Shown piece by piece: positions 24,520-36,097 of a DNA stretch of 64,000 nt; the first letter of the stretch is position 1, and the number at the start of each line of letters is the position of its first letter. This stretch comes from Selaginella moellendorffii (taxonomy: Eukaryota; Plantae; Lycopodiophyta), in the NCBI RefSeq assembly GCF_000143415.4, contig NW_003314299.1, positions 352,314 to 416,313 of the forward strand, given 5' to 3'. A program made the translations under genes and the position numbers. The notes below the pieces were generated by a model that saw nothing but the letters and a program-made list of their open reading frames with translations, did no database searches and was not told the origin of the DNA.

Positions 24520-26247
24520 TCACATATAGTGGGGATTTTTTGTTTGGGAGCTTGTGTAGACATTTGCTAGTAAAGCATAGGGTGTCTTGGGGGTTGCGTT
24601 GGTTACGTCCATTACAGATCTCACTACATCGTCTCCCAGTCTAAGATTGTTATAATCCTCGTGGCTCTTGCATGCTCCGAGAAGGCACGTCCACTCGAGA
24701 GCACTGGGAACGAACGGCATGCTTAAGATTAGATCTTTGGCATCGTGAAGGTGGCTGGCTCGGCTCAAGAGATCTACCATGCAACTGTAGTGCTGCCTTG
24801 TGGGCTCAATGGCGTGATCCACAACCATGGAAGCGAAGAAGCTCTTTCCCGCTTGAAAGCTGTGATGTGTTTGGGGAATCGACGGCCTGCATTTCGTTGA
24901 AGAGATGAAAGGCCTTGCTGGCAGTGGTGCTTACTCGTGCATATGAAGCTATCATGGAGCTCCACAAGATTTGGTCTCTGTCAGGGGATGTATCAAAAAG
25001 TTTCCTTGCATATACAATATGGCCTTCTTGGAAAAATGCAGATGTCAAGGTCACAACGTTGCGTTCTAGCATGCTATGAAAGAGTAAAGCAGCTTCACGT
25101 AGTTTGCTAGTTAGAACAAACGCATTTAACATTGTGTTCCACGAAACCATATCCATTTCGGGCATCTTGTTAAAGAGTCTTAAACCAAAGTCACAATGCC
25201 CTCATTGGGCATACGCCGAAAGAACAGAGTTCCAAGAGCACAGATCCCGCTGCGGAATTTGATCAAAGGTGGCCTTCACAAGCTCCAAGTCTGAGGGTTG
25301 TGAGAGAAACATTATCATACAGGAAGTAAGATCAAGCTCCAGCATTTGATAGAAAAAGCTCTTGGTTTCCTCCCCGGGGCTGTTCTTGGCAAGAACAGCG
25401 AGCATTGTTGTCCACGACGAGAGAGCTCTCTGCGGCATGGAGTCAAATATAAGCTTTGATTGTCTAGCATCACGGCAGCATCGCATCACGGTGTTGCACG
25501 AAACGAGATCTATCTCAGGCATCTCGCGGAAAATCCTCTGTGCCGAATCGACATCCTCGTTCAGTGCGTATGCGCCGAGCATCGCGGTCCAGGCAACGAG
25601 ATCGTGCTGCGGCATTGCATCAAACAAAAGCTTTGCTCCGTGCAAATCTCCGCCCTGCGACAAGGCAACCAAGATTGTCGTCCATGACACAAGGTCACGA
25701 GCCTCCATAGAATCAAAAACACGTTCGACTCCCTCTACATGCCCGTTCCGGGCATATGCCGCAAGAATGGAATTCCACGACACGAGATCATACTCGGGCA
25801 TCCCAGAGATAGTCCTCTCGGCACTTTGTAGATCCCAGCTTGTGTGTGGACTGACAAGATTGCATTCCATGAGAGAAGGCTGTGTTGCGGCATCTCATCA
25901 AATGTTTTAGAATATGCCCACTCCGGGCATATGCCAAGAGCATGGATGTCCATGCAAGGACATCTTTTTGCGGTATTTTTTCGAAGATCTCTTTTGCATG
26001 TTTAAGATGGGAGTTCTGGGTGTAAGCTCGAAACATGAAAGCCCACGAAAAGGAGTCTTTGTGTTTGATGTTGTATCAAAGATTTGGCGTGCCTCTTGTG
26101 GGCTTCCATAAACATCTCAATGAGTTTGTTGCTGAGGAAGGAATCATCAGCAAGTGGATGATTCCTTTTAAGATTCAAGTAAATCTCACTTGCTTCATAA
26201 AGGCTTTTGCAGGATTGAATGAAATGAATGTTACACTTTCTGTTCAT
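24520..26247 (-). pseudogene. PLS/E-class PPR gene (PPR-B), copy 1
   Basis: ORFs 26002-26259, 25788-26036, 25202-25870, 24806-25165 and 24520-24828 with repeated MP..DLVSW motifs and HYSCMVDLL..MPFVP..W..LLGAC..YALLANVY; stops and frameshifts. Confidence 0.9.
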
Positions 26248-27942
26248 AGTCCAACCCAAAACATTGTTGTGATTAAATAATATTTAATGATAATATTAAA
26301 AACTCATTATGAGAAGAATAAGTTTTTTGTAACAATGTGTAGTTTGTTAATAATGGTATTATTTCTATTTAGTATTTTTTATTAACCTAATTGATTAATC
26401 CGAATTAAAAGTAGAATAATCTAGAATATACTAAAAAGTGTTTAAATACAAACTTAATCTAATTGCTAGATGGTAGAATATCTTAAAATATCAAAGTTAC
26501 ATTATACCATTAACACAACTAGGTCATGGGATATATTGAAATGGGGTACAAAGCAACTAGAGGTAGAGGGTGATGTGTCTCTTACTCCAACACCCTCTTT
26601 ATTGTAATTGGCTTGTTTCCCTCATTCTTGGAGATCTTGGTAATCAATTCTTTCTAAAATTAAATACAATCCCAAAACCTTTAACCATTTTTAACTTATT
26701 AAACAATGGTATACTTTACCATTTCTCAACCTTAGAGGCACCAAGTATTCCAAGATTTTTAATAAACTGGAAAAAGGTGGTGCACTTTTATTCATAAACA
26801 TTTTCCCTTTATATTTAATTGTTTCTCAAGTAACTTTTCAAGATTCTTTTGAGAGGCCCATTCTCTTTCTAGATGTTAATCAAATATATAGTATGATTCC
26901 TTTATCTAGTTTAGAGTTCTTAAAAGTTCATTTAACCCACTACTATTCAAACCCAAGGATATTTAACTTTAAATATCTCTCTTAACTAATTGAAAAATGA
27001 GGTGTAATAAATTCTTTCCTTTTATATTTAAACCCTTATACAAATTATTCTCTTTAGTTGTTTACAATCTACAAATAAGTTAAAAAATTTATGCAACTAA
27101 CATGGTTAGATTGTTCTAAGAATTATAAACTTGTTTGAACATAATATTTTTTTGGATTAGTTTCAATAGCTTTTGTAATTTGGTGGAAACAAAGTGAAAA
27201 TCCAAAAATTTATAGTACAAGAATCAAAAGAACCCAAAAACTTCTTTAAGTGATGGTAAGTTATCTCTATAGCCATATTAAACACTAATAACCCCTAAGT
27301 GGCAGCTTAAACAAATATAATTATATCATGGTGGGAAAAGAAGATGTAGATATAGACAAGAGGATAGAAGTTTTGTATTACATCAAGTAGTATATTTTTA
27401 ATTTTTTTTCTCTACATTTCAGTTAACTTTAGAGGTTTTGTCTATGTTTAAGATATAGTATTAAATACTGATTACAAACGAATTTTATGAGGGAAATTAA
27501 GGTAGATTCTAAAATATACCTGAATATTTATAATATATTCCTTTCACCTTAATAAAAATATAAATTACCACCTACATTCAAACAAGCACCAAGAGACATG
27601 ACGAAGGTGGCACTGTTGGCCATTCTCTCGGTGGTGTGCACTTTCTTCTCTGGTTTCCAATCCGTTGCAATTTGTTCTTGGCTTCAACCATTTTTCCTCC
27701 TGCATTTCTTCCACAAATCAGGGATTTCGCGCAATCCTTGCTCATGGCGCTCACAATTCTCCTGGCGCTCATCCTCCACACCACCGCCGCGAGCCTGGTG
27801 TTCCTGGCATTCTTCCTGGGAAAGGTGAGCTCGGACAACTCCACCGCCAGCAGCGTGCCAATTGTGGGAATAATCTGGGCACTGGTGCTGTGGATGTTTC
27901 TTCTCCCGTTTCTTGCAAGCATCGGCTACAGGAAGCGTTTTG

Positions 27943-30900
27943 TGTTAGAGCCACGTGGCGTACAGCCACCTGGCTTGAGTCGCATTTCTTCAGTTTAGGG
28001 CTTTCTTAGTTTTCTTTCCCATCCTGTGTGAGATCCATCCCAGGGGATTGTTCTGGGAGTGTTCTCATTCTCTATAGAGTGCTAGGCCGTGAGGCCTGGC
28101 TTCTCTCATCATGGTATCAGAGCAATAGGTTAGATTTTTTTGGCACGAGCAGTGCCATAGATGCTAGGACAGGATGGCGTCGTCTTCTTCCTCCAGAGAC
28201 ATGGAGCAGTTTGATGGGACGAATTTCCTTGCCTGGAAAGAACATGCTCAGTTCTGGTTCATGAGGTGGGGATTGTGGCCTGTAGTATCTGGATCAAGAA
28301 AATGTCTGTCCAAGGACGATGATGATACAGATCCATACAATGAGTGGAAAGATCTGGATGCTAGGGCAAATGGAGCATTAGGAGGTGGACTTGGCCCTCT
28401 CTACAGTGTCCACGTGAATGTGGAGAAGAGTTCTGCTGAGAATTGGAAGTCAATTTGTGAAATTATGGGAGTGGACCTGCAAGAAGACGTGGACGTGATT
28501 CTTCATCGCAGTGAGTTATACAGCCTGGAGCAGCAACCACACGAGCGCGTGCAAGACTACATCACAAGACTTCAGCGCAAAGTGGTGGAGATTCGATTGC
28601 TGGACCCAGAAGCTACTGTGACAGATCAAGAGTTTAATGCAGTTCTGTTCAAGGGGCTTACAACTCGTGCTATGAAGTCTTATCTTCGTTATATCAAGAA
28701 GATTCCCGACATTACACAGCGGCAGATTTTTGCTGAGCTTGTTCAGCACGAGAAAACCGTTATAGGTGAAGGCAATGCTGCTGAGCAGGACGGGATTGCC
28801 ATGGTGACTCGTGGTAATCAGCACGGACAAGCAGGGCGCTCCTCTATCTTTAATCGACTTGGAAATAAGCGCTCCAACAGCACCGAGGAAAAGCCAGCCA
28901 CCAAGCAAGAATTCAATTTGAAGTGTGGGACGTGTTCAAAGCGTGGGCACCTGAGCAGGGATTGTCCAGTGAAGAAGCAACGTCGTGAGACAAAATTGAA
29001 AGCTGAGCGTGGATCTTCCTCTAGTGCGGCACCACGTTTTAAAAGTCGACGCCGAGATGAAGGTGATGATGAAGACTCTTCCGCTGCAGCCAATGGCTTG
29101 TCATGGATGACTCGAGGAGTAGAGGTGGATACCACAAGCCGTGTTCTTTGGCTGGATTCGGCAGCAACGAATCACTCAACTTTTGACCGTGAGCTATTTT
29201 TGGAGATGAGGAAATGCACTGGCCAAGTGCGACTCACAGATAACAGCTTGTTAGCGGTTGAAGGTGTGGGCACGATTGAAGTGCGTCTACCGACAGGCTT
29301 GGTGGTTCCAGTCAAGCATGTGTGGTACATCCCCAAGGCTCAACATTCCTTGGTGTCCCTTGGACAAATGATGGAGCAAGGATTCAACTTGGAGTTTTGT
29401 GGTGATCGTGTTAAGATCACACATCCAGAGGTTGGACATGTGGCTTCAGCAAGCAAGATAGGACGACTGTTCCGGATGGATTGCGAGGTTTGTGTTCCAG
29501 GGAAGCTGCTAGCTACGATGACAGTGGCTACTGCGAGTTCATCTTCAGGGGGAGCTGCAGATATCCAAACTTGGCATCGTCGACTTGGCCACGTGAATCA
29601 CAAGACGATCCAGCAGTTGCAGCGAGACCACGTGGTTGATGGCTTGGCCATCACGTCTTTTTCAATGCCATTATGTGAGCCATGCATCATGGGAAAGCAG
29701 CATCGTCGGGCGTTCAACTCTGGCGGGAGTGTTCGGGCGACAAGTCCTCTTCAGCTGGTTCACTCAGACTTATGTGGCCCTTTTCAAGTGATGACACAGC
29801 GTAAGAAGAGGTACTTTATTTCGTTTATTGATGATGCTACGAGGTATGTGGCTGTTAAGTTCTTAGCTACTAAGGACGAAGCTTTGCTAGCATTTAAGGC
29901 TTATAAGCATGAAGTGGAGAACCAGCTCGATTTACGCATCAAAGTGCTCCGCTCTGATGGAGGAGGTGAGTACGTGTCCGTCAATTTTTCTGATTACTGC
30001 GAGAAAGCAGGAATTCAGCGGCAATTCACAGTTCCATACACTCCTGAGCTTAACGGGGTAGCTGAGCGGTTTAACAGGACAGTGGTGGAGCTGGCTAGGA
30101 CGATGATTGCCGATGCTGGTCTTCCGCCTAGGTTTTGGGATCATGCTATAGCCACAGCTGTCTTCGTGCGTAATAGGGTGTTGACCACCGCTGTTAAATC
30201 CAAGAAGTGTATATTTCTGGGCTATAGTGATGAGCAGCGAGGATATCGACTCCTTCATCTAGACTCGGGAAAAGAGTTTGTGAGTCGAGATGTCATCTTT
30301 GATGAATCTCGTGTGTATTTTCAACGTCACAAGGATCCAGGAGTTCCTTCTACAGGTTTTCTTAGTGGAGACAGTAGGGCGAGCTCACAGCCTGTTTTCT
30401 TTCATCCATGGGAAGATGAGGAGGATAATCCTCTACCTCGACTTGGCTGTGCTTATGCTCCAGCTGCAGGGGGAGCTTCAACCTCTGCTGTGACACGAGC
30501 TCCAGAGCCTGATCACGTTCCTGAGGTGGTTCCTGATCCTGAGCCCGAGCACAATATTCCTGAACCTGAGGATATGGTTCCTGAACCTGTGCGTCACCGA
30601 GATCCTGATGTTATCCAGGTTTTGAGCCGCTCTGGTCGCCCTTTAACCTATACAGCGAAGGGTGAAGCTTATCAGCGAGAGCAAGCTGAGAAGCGAGCAC
30701 GAGTAGCCGTTAGAGCTTCTTATCATCAGAGTCGAACGGCTATGTTCACAGCAGCAGAGGTGAAGATTCCTGTTACGCTTGCACAAGCTAAGAAATCTCC
30801 TTATGCTGCTGCGTGGGGTGAAGCTATTGATGCTGAGATGCGAGCTCATGCAAAGAATGAAACCTGGTATCTTCCTGATGAAGTTCCTCACAATGCTAAT

Positions 30901-32567
30901 GTAGTTTCGACAAAGCTACTTTTCTGCGTGAAAGCTGGACCTTCAGGAGAAGTGCAGCGCTTTAAAGCTAGGCTTGTGGCACGAGGCTTTACTCAGATCG
31001 AAGGCATAGACTTTACAGAAACTTTCAGCCCGGTCGTGAAGATGGCTTCTATCAGGCTGTTACTTGCTTTAGCAGCACAGCATGATCTTTATGTGGAGCA
31101 AGTGGATGTGAAGACCGCATTTTTACATGGAGAAATTCCTGAGGAGGTTTACATCCAGCTCCCGACAGGCCTCGATCCGAGCCAAAGGATTTATCGGCTG
31201 AAGAAGGCTTTATATGGCCTGAAACAAAGTCCACGTATCTGGTATAAGAAAATCGATTCTTTTCTGATTTCTCTTGGATTCCAGAAAAACCATGCCGACT
31301 CAAACGTTTATATGAAGATTGAGGATGGTGCCTTGGTCATTTTGGCCTTGTATGTGGACGATGGTATCTTTGTTTCCAACAACAGAGATCTTCTTGCTGA
31401 AATCAAGAGAAAGCTAGGAGCCCAGTTTGAGATGCAAGATCTTGGCCCCGTGCACACTTTCCTTGGGATTCAAGTTCAGCGACCACGGCCAGGAGTTGTG
31501 ACACTCTCACAACGAGCTTATGTGGAGGACGTATTGCGCAGGTTTGGGCTCGAGAACCTCAACCCTTCCGTTACTCCAATGCAAGCGAGTACTCATTTGT
31601 CTGCTGAGATGTCTCCTAGTGAGGCTGAGAAGCAACAGATGGAGCTTGTGCCATATCGCCAGGTCGTTGGATGCTTAATCTACTTGGCTGTTTGTACCCG
31701 CCCAGACATTGCTTATTCTGTGGGAGAGGTGGCTAAGTATATGGCGAATCCAGGCTGGCAACATTGGCAAGCTGTGAAGCGCATCTTGCGCTATCTCAGA
31801 GGCACTGCTAATTTTGGCCTGAGCTATCAACGGCAGGTTTCTGGTCACGCATTTATTTTGCGAGGCTATGCCGATGCAAATTATGCAGGGGATTTAGACG
31901 ACAGGAAGTCTACATCCGGCTATTGCTTTTTCCTTGGTGATGGAGTGGTAACTTGGAGCAGCAAGCGGCAAGCTGTGACAGCCTTGTCGACAACTGAAGC
32001 GGAGTATCTAGCTTTGACAGGGGCAGCACAAGAGGCGAGCTGGCTTCGTGAGCTTGTAGCGAGTATGCAGCTACGGCAACAAGGACCCACGGTCATTCTC
32101 TCGGATAATCAATTGGCGATTGCTCTTTCAGAGAATCCGAGATATCACGCCAGGACGAAGCATATACAAATAAAATACCACTACATCAGAGAACAAGTGA
32201 TGGGAGGAGAGCTGATACTTAAGTACGTGGCAACTGAGGACCAGGTTGCTGATATATTCACTAAGGCTCTTCCACCTATTGTTTTCTGCAAACATCGAGA
32301 AGTGCTTGGAGTATGCGACCTGTCCTCGCAGGGCTCCGGCTAGGTGGGCGGCAATGGTCACGCTGGTGATAAAGATCCAGGTGTCCATTGAGGGGGAGTG
32401 TTAGAGCCACGTGGCGTACAGCCACCTGGCTTGAGTCGCATTCCTTCAGTTTAGGGCTTTCTTAGTTTTCTTTCCCATCCTGTGTGAGATCCATCCCAGG
32501 GGATTGTTCTGGGAGTGTTCTCATTCTCTATAGAGTGCTAGGCCATGAGGCCTGGCTTCTCTCATCA
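27943..32567 (+). mobile_element. Ty1/copia LTR retrotransposon, both LTRs present, young
   Basis: 169-bp LTRs 27943-28111 and 32399-32567 (2 mismatches seen), PBS TGGTATCAGAGC 28112-28123, PPT GAGGGGGAG 32390-32398, TSD TTTTG 27938-27942/32568-32572. Confidence 0.98.
28174..32343 (+). CDS. Copia gag-pol polyprotein (gag, CCHC, PR, INT, RT, RH), 1389 aa
   Basis: CGTCSKRGHLSRDC, WLDSAA, WHRRLGH..CEPC, VHSDL..RSDGGGEY..NGVAER, KARLVARG, LYVDD, YADAN, ADIFTK; copia domain order. Confidence 0.96.
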   Translation: MASSSSSRDMEQFDGTNFLAWKEHAQFWFMRWGLWPVVSGSRKCLSKDDDDTDPYNEWKDLDARANGALGGGLGPLYSVHVNVEKSSAENWKSICEIMGVDLQEDVDVILHRSELYSLEQQPHERVQDYITRLQRKVVEIRLLDPEATVTDQEFNAVLFKGLTTRAMKSYLRYIKKIPDITQRQIFAELVQHEKTVIGEGNAAEQDGIAMVTRGNQHGQAGRSSIFNRLGNKRSNSTEEKPATKQEFNLKCGTCSKRGHLSRDCPVKKQRRETKLKAERGSSSSAAPRFKSRRRDEGDDEDSSAAANGLSWMTRGVEVDTTSRVLWLDSAATNHSTFDRELFLEMRKCTGQVRLTDNSLLAVEGVGTIEVRLPTGLVVPVKHVWYIPKAQHSLVSLGQMMEQGFNLEFCGDRVKITHPEVGHVASASKIGRLFRMDCEVCVPGKLLATMTVATASSSSGGAADIQTWHRRLGHVNHKTIQQLQRDHVVDGLAITSFSMPLCEPCIMGKQHRRAFNSGGSVRATSPLQLVHSDLCGPFQVMTQRKKRYFISFIDDATRYVAVKFLATKDEALLAFKAYKHEVENQLDLRIKVLRSDGGGEYVSVNFSDYCEKAGIQRQFTVPYTPELNGVAERFNRTVVELARTMIADAGLPPRFWDHAIATAVFVRNRVLTTAVKSKKCIFLGYSDEQRGYRLLHLDSGKEFVSRDVIFDESRVYFQRHKDPGVPSTGFLSGDSRASSQPVFFHPWEDEEDNPLPRLGCAYAPAAGGASTSAVTRAPEPDHVPEVVPDPEPEHNIPEPEDMVPEPVRHRDPDVIQVLSRSGRPLTYTAKGEAYQREQAEKRARVAVRASYHQSRTAMFTAAEVKIPVTLAQAKKSPYAAAWGEAIDAEMRAHAKNETWYLPDEVPHNANVVSTKLLFCVKAGPSGEVQRFKARLVARGFTQIEGIDFTETFSPVVKMASIRLLLALAAQHDLYVEQVDVKTAFLHGEIPEEVYIQLPTGLDPSQRIYRLKKALYGLKQSPRIWYKKIDSFLISLGFQKNHADSNVYMKIEDGALVILALYVDDGIFVSNNRDLLAEIKRKLGAQFEMQDLGPVHTFLGIQVQRPRPGVVTLSQRAYVEDVLRRFGLENLNPSVTPMQASTHLSAEMSPSEAEKQQMELVPYRQVVGCLIYLAVCTRPDIAYSVGEVAKYMANPGWQHWQAVKRILRYLRGTANFGLSYQRQVSGHAFILRGYADANYAGDLDDRKSTSGYCFFLGDGVVTWSSKRQAVTALSTTEAEYLALTGAAQEASWLRELVASMQLRQQGPTVILSDNQLAIALSENPRYHARTKHIQIKYHYIREQVMGGELILKYVATEDQVADIFTKALPPIVFCKHREVLGVCDLSSQGSG

Positions 32568-35298
32568 TTTTGATCGAGCAAGAACGTCCCAGCCGCTGGT
32601 ATTCGCGTCGGTCTGGACCACGGCGTGGTTGTTGTGGAATCGATTCGGTGGTGTCGGCTCCTTCCTCCATCCTGCCGTTTCCCAGGTTACAATCTTGCCG
32701 CTGGTGATGAGCGCCGGCGTGTGGGGGATCGATGGGATCGCATTCCTCATGGCGTGGTTCTCGGCAATTCTCCATGACAGGACCGTTCTCGACGAGAATC
32801 TTTCCAAGATGGAAAAATCCGACAAGAAGCGTTCTATGCTGCAGCGTTTGGGGCCATTGCTCTCTCAATCTTGTTCTACGGAAGCGCCAGGGTCTCGATC
32901 TTCTCGGGCGATTTCTTCCAGAAGGACATCGCCCTCACGATGAAGAAAACAGTGCCGGTCTCTTGCGTCCTGGGCAAGCTCCTCTTCTACGAGGACATGG
33001 ATGTGATGCTCAACAAGACGAACCAGCGCCTCCGAGCCGGCGATCGATTGGTCCTCTGGTCCGAGGCTGCGGTGAAACTCGACCTCAAACAGGAGAGGGA
33101 TTCTCTCCAACTCAAAGCCGGACAGATCGCTTCCCAGCACGGCGGCTACGTTGGCATCACTTACGAGTACAAGGACGCGAGTACTGGAAGAGTCGGGAAC
33201 TATTTCGACCTCGTTCTTCCCGATGGCTCCATTGGATTTACCTACAGGAAATCCCACTTGGTTCCATTCGTGGAGTGGTATGGAACTCCAGGGGATCCCA
33301 TTCTTCCTATCATCAAGACCGAGCTCGGCCGGATTGGAGGAGCTATTTGTTACAATTTCGAGTTCCCAGACCTGATGCACCAGGCCGGGAAAAAGAGGTA
33401 GAGCGCAGTTATGATGGTGTTCTCTAAGTTTCTGGTGAATGTTTTTAGGATTGATATCATGCTCCAGCCAGCCGCGACTTGGGGACCAACTGGTCCCCAG
33501 GTGAAAGAGGCCGATGCTTTTCGTGTTGTGGAGAATGGCTTTAGTTGATTTCGATGCTCCACGGGAGGTGTTTCAGCGGTTGTAGATCCATATCTCCAGA
33601 CATTCGATTACAGGTGTGACAGTTTTGATCAATCAAAGCTCTCTAATATTCTTCTGTTTCTTTGGCAGGGAAGGTATCTCCGACTCAGTCTTCGCCATGG
33701 GACTCCCAGTACTCGGGAAGGCCTGGACGCTTTACCCAAGCTACGGCTTTCTTTTCGCTTGGCTAGTGGCAGCACTCGCTGCAGTACACGTCTCCATGCT
33801 CTGCCTCCCTTGTCAGCTGCTCAAGGGAGAACATCCATATCCTGTCCTCCGCTGTATATGATTTTTACATCCAACTGGAAGAAACAAAAAAGAAAAAGGA
33901 TTAGATCACAAAAGCTTCGAACGATCCTCTAAAAACTTGCCTCACACTCGATCAATCTCTTCAACAGTGTCTCCACAACCTGAGGAGCCTCCGCTCTGCA
34001 GTGACATACATCCTTGACAAGTCCCCTCCTGCCTTTGTGTTCTACATCACTGGTGACCGATCCTTCAAGGAGTTTGAGAGGTCGGAGCTACATTGCGTGC
34101 TGTTGTCAGAGGAATCAAATGCGCTTGTCTAAGATTCCTGTGAAGCCCAATCTGTAAGGAAGTGTGTACAAATCATGGGTGATATGGACGTAGCACTTGC
34201 ATTGACTTAATTGTCGTTTGGTGCAACGATTTGGAGGAGTTCCAAGGCGTTGGATTGAGTCGGCTGGAGTGTCGATTGCAAAGAAGGCAGCCCCACGCTG
34301 CCATGACGAGGGCATCGCGTTCCATCTCCATCGCTCCGGCGTGTGAGCATCGTGGGGCAAAGGAATATTTGCTTTGTTAGTACCTATCATCTTATTAAAC
34401 AAACATTGATCGTTTTCTAGTTTTCCATGAAGAATTTTGAGAACATTCGCATAGAATCAAACACATTCCCTCAGGCAGATCATCAAACACAATTTTCGCC
34501 TGCTGCACTTTCCACACACCTCAATCGCTAGGTATTGCAAGGTATCTGTCTGATTGAAGTTGCTTGCGATCTCTCAGAGCCTCTGGTGATTTCGTCCAGG
34601 AGGTCCACGCTCAGATCCTGGGAATGTTGGGTGTTATATAGACAAATGATTTGTTTTTTTCCCAATACGACAGATTGCTAGGGACAAGAAAGTGAGGTAT
34701 GATCAATGATAAACAAAGGCTAGAGGGTCAGAAACTCTATTTAGCATCCCAATGCTAAGACCAACACACAAAATAGAGCTAAATGGAGTTTGGTGCTATG
34801 AAGTATTAATGCTTCATGGGAACATCAAGAATCCAGTCGCATGAAATGTAATTGGTACTTCTAGTCTTAAATTCTCGAGCAATTTGACAACATAATCCAG
34901 GCAGCAGGCGAGGGCGCCCGCCAAAGGAGAACCCGACGCGAATCATAAGAAAACAGGAGGCAAGAGAGAGCTAGAAGAATCAAAGCTTTTACTCGAGAGA
35001 AGACAAGAGAAGAGCGCTCAAAACGTTGTATTGTAAGTGGATGTTTCCCTTTTTTTGGATTTTACTTGAATCACTATAATACCTGAAGTACATAGAATTG
35101 CTGAATAGATTCTACGAGATTCTACTTACTAGTTCCAAAACAGTGCTAAGATCGTGGCCAGCTCAATCCTTGGCTGTAAAAAAACAAACAAGTTCAATAC
35201 AAACAAATTGTACGTATTATTTGCGGAAGTTATGGAAAACCCAGGAATATGTGTATTTACAAACATTCATATGCATGGCTATTTCTCATAGAGAGTAT

Positions 35299-35487
35299 TT
35301 AGCAGCCTCCACCGCCGCCACCTCCTCCGCAGCCACCACCACCACCGCCGCCGCCACCGCCACCACAGCCTCCGCCGCCAGTGCCAGCACCACTGCCGGC
35401 ATCCCCAATGAAGGCGCCCGTTGCTGCAGACGGGCGCCTTCGCCTCTGCTTTCACCTGTTAGAGGATTGAGGGAAACCGAAACACAT
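35299..35487 (-). pseudogene. Small Gly/Cys-rich peptide gene with an in-frame TGA at codon 12
   Basis: MCFGFPQSSNR*KQRRRRPSAATGAFIGDAGSGAGTGGGGCGGGGGGGGGGCGGGGGGGGC*; paralogous to 35857-36057. Confidence 0.7.
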
Positions 35488-35856
35488 CTTGGATTGCGCA
35501 AGATAAAGGTATGATCGATGCGAGGAGGCTTGTGCTTATACACTAGGCAGGAGAACATCTGATTGGCCACAAGGTCTGACCATATGGAGCAACTTCCTTC
35601 ACGCACAATTTGACGAGATTTTATGCACGTATTCCTCAAAGATTGGATAGACAACTGCAACTTTGTAGTGTTACGTCTTGCGTTTCTTGAACACTCTGAT
35701 GAAGTGTCACGACGTGGCACTGATTACATAAACTTCTCCAGGTCCACGCGCTATCATTGCTTTCTTCGTGGCTTCCTCTGAGTCAAAGTCTCAAATTGCC
35801 TTCTAGCCTTGTATACAAGCAGAAGATTATGCCCCCTTGCAAGCAATCAATCCAAA

Positions 35857-36057
35857 ATGTGTTTCAGTTTCGTTGCATCTCCAAAAAGGCGAAAGCCAAG
35901 AAGGCGCTCCGATTTCGTGGGAGCAATGTTTAGCGGTGGCCACCATGGTGGAGGCCACAGTGGAGGCTCTGGGGGTGACCACGGTGGAGGCCACGGTGGA
36001 GGAGGCTGTGGTGGTGGCGGAGGCTGTGGCGGTGGGGGCTGTGGCGGAGGTGATTAA
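35857..36057 (+). CDS. Small basic Gly/His/Cys-rich peptide, 66 aa
   Basis: MCFSFVASPKRRKPRRRSDFVGAMFSGGHHGGGH...GGGGCGGGGGCGGGGCGGGD*; start context AATCCAARATGTGTTTCRGTTTC shared with the divergent paralog. Confidence 0.7.
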   Translation: MCFSFVASPKRRKPRRRSDFVGAMFSGGHHGGGHSGGSGGDHGGGHGGGGCGGGGGCGGGGCGGGD

Positions 36058-36097
36058 AATGACTTCATGTGTACAGGAGAGAGTAAGTCCTTAGATT

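Larger units (their letters stand above)
27598..34132 (+). pseudogene. Lnt-like CN-hydrolase, copy 2; interrupted by copia, with frameshifts, a stop and a filler insertion
   Basis: MTKVALL.. at 27598; copia inserted in YRKRF|DRAR; VLWSEAA, YRKSHLVPF, AICYNFEFP; same two introns as copy 1; TGA 33546-33548; 187-bp insert 33811-33997. Confidence 0.88.

Noticed and set aside
25362-25910. Plus-strand 182-aa ORF (and 36965-37414)
   Set aside because: Antisense shadow of PPR repeats
35410-35441. Helitron 3' hairpin or selenocysteine SECIS
   Set aside because: No CTRR terminus at the expected distance on either strand; land plants lack Sec decoding, and eukaryotic SECIS elements lie in 3' UTRs
35098-35720. 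Ala/Thr- and Ala/Val-rich ORFs
   Set aside because: Alternative frames of the Gly-codon run; the Gly/Cys frame is the one shared with the paralog
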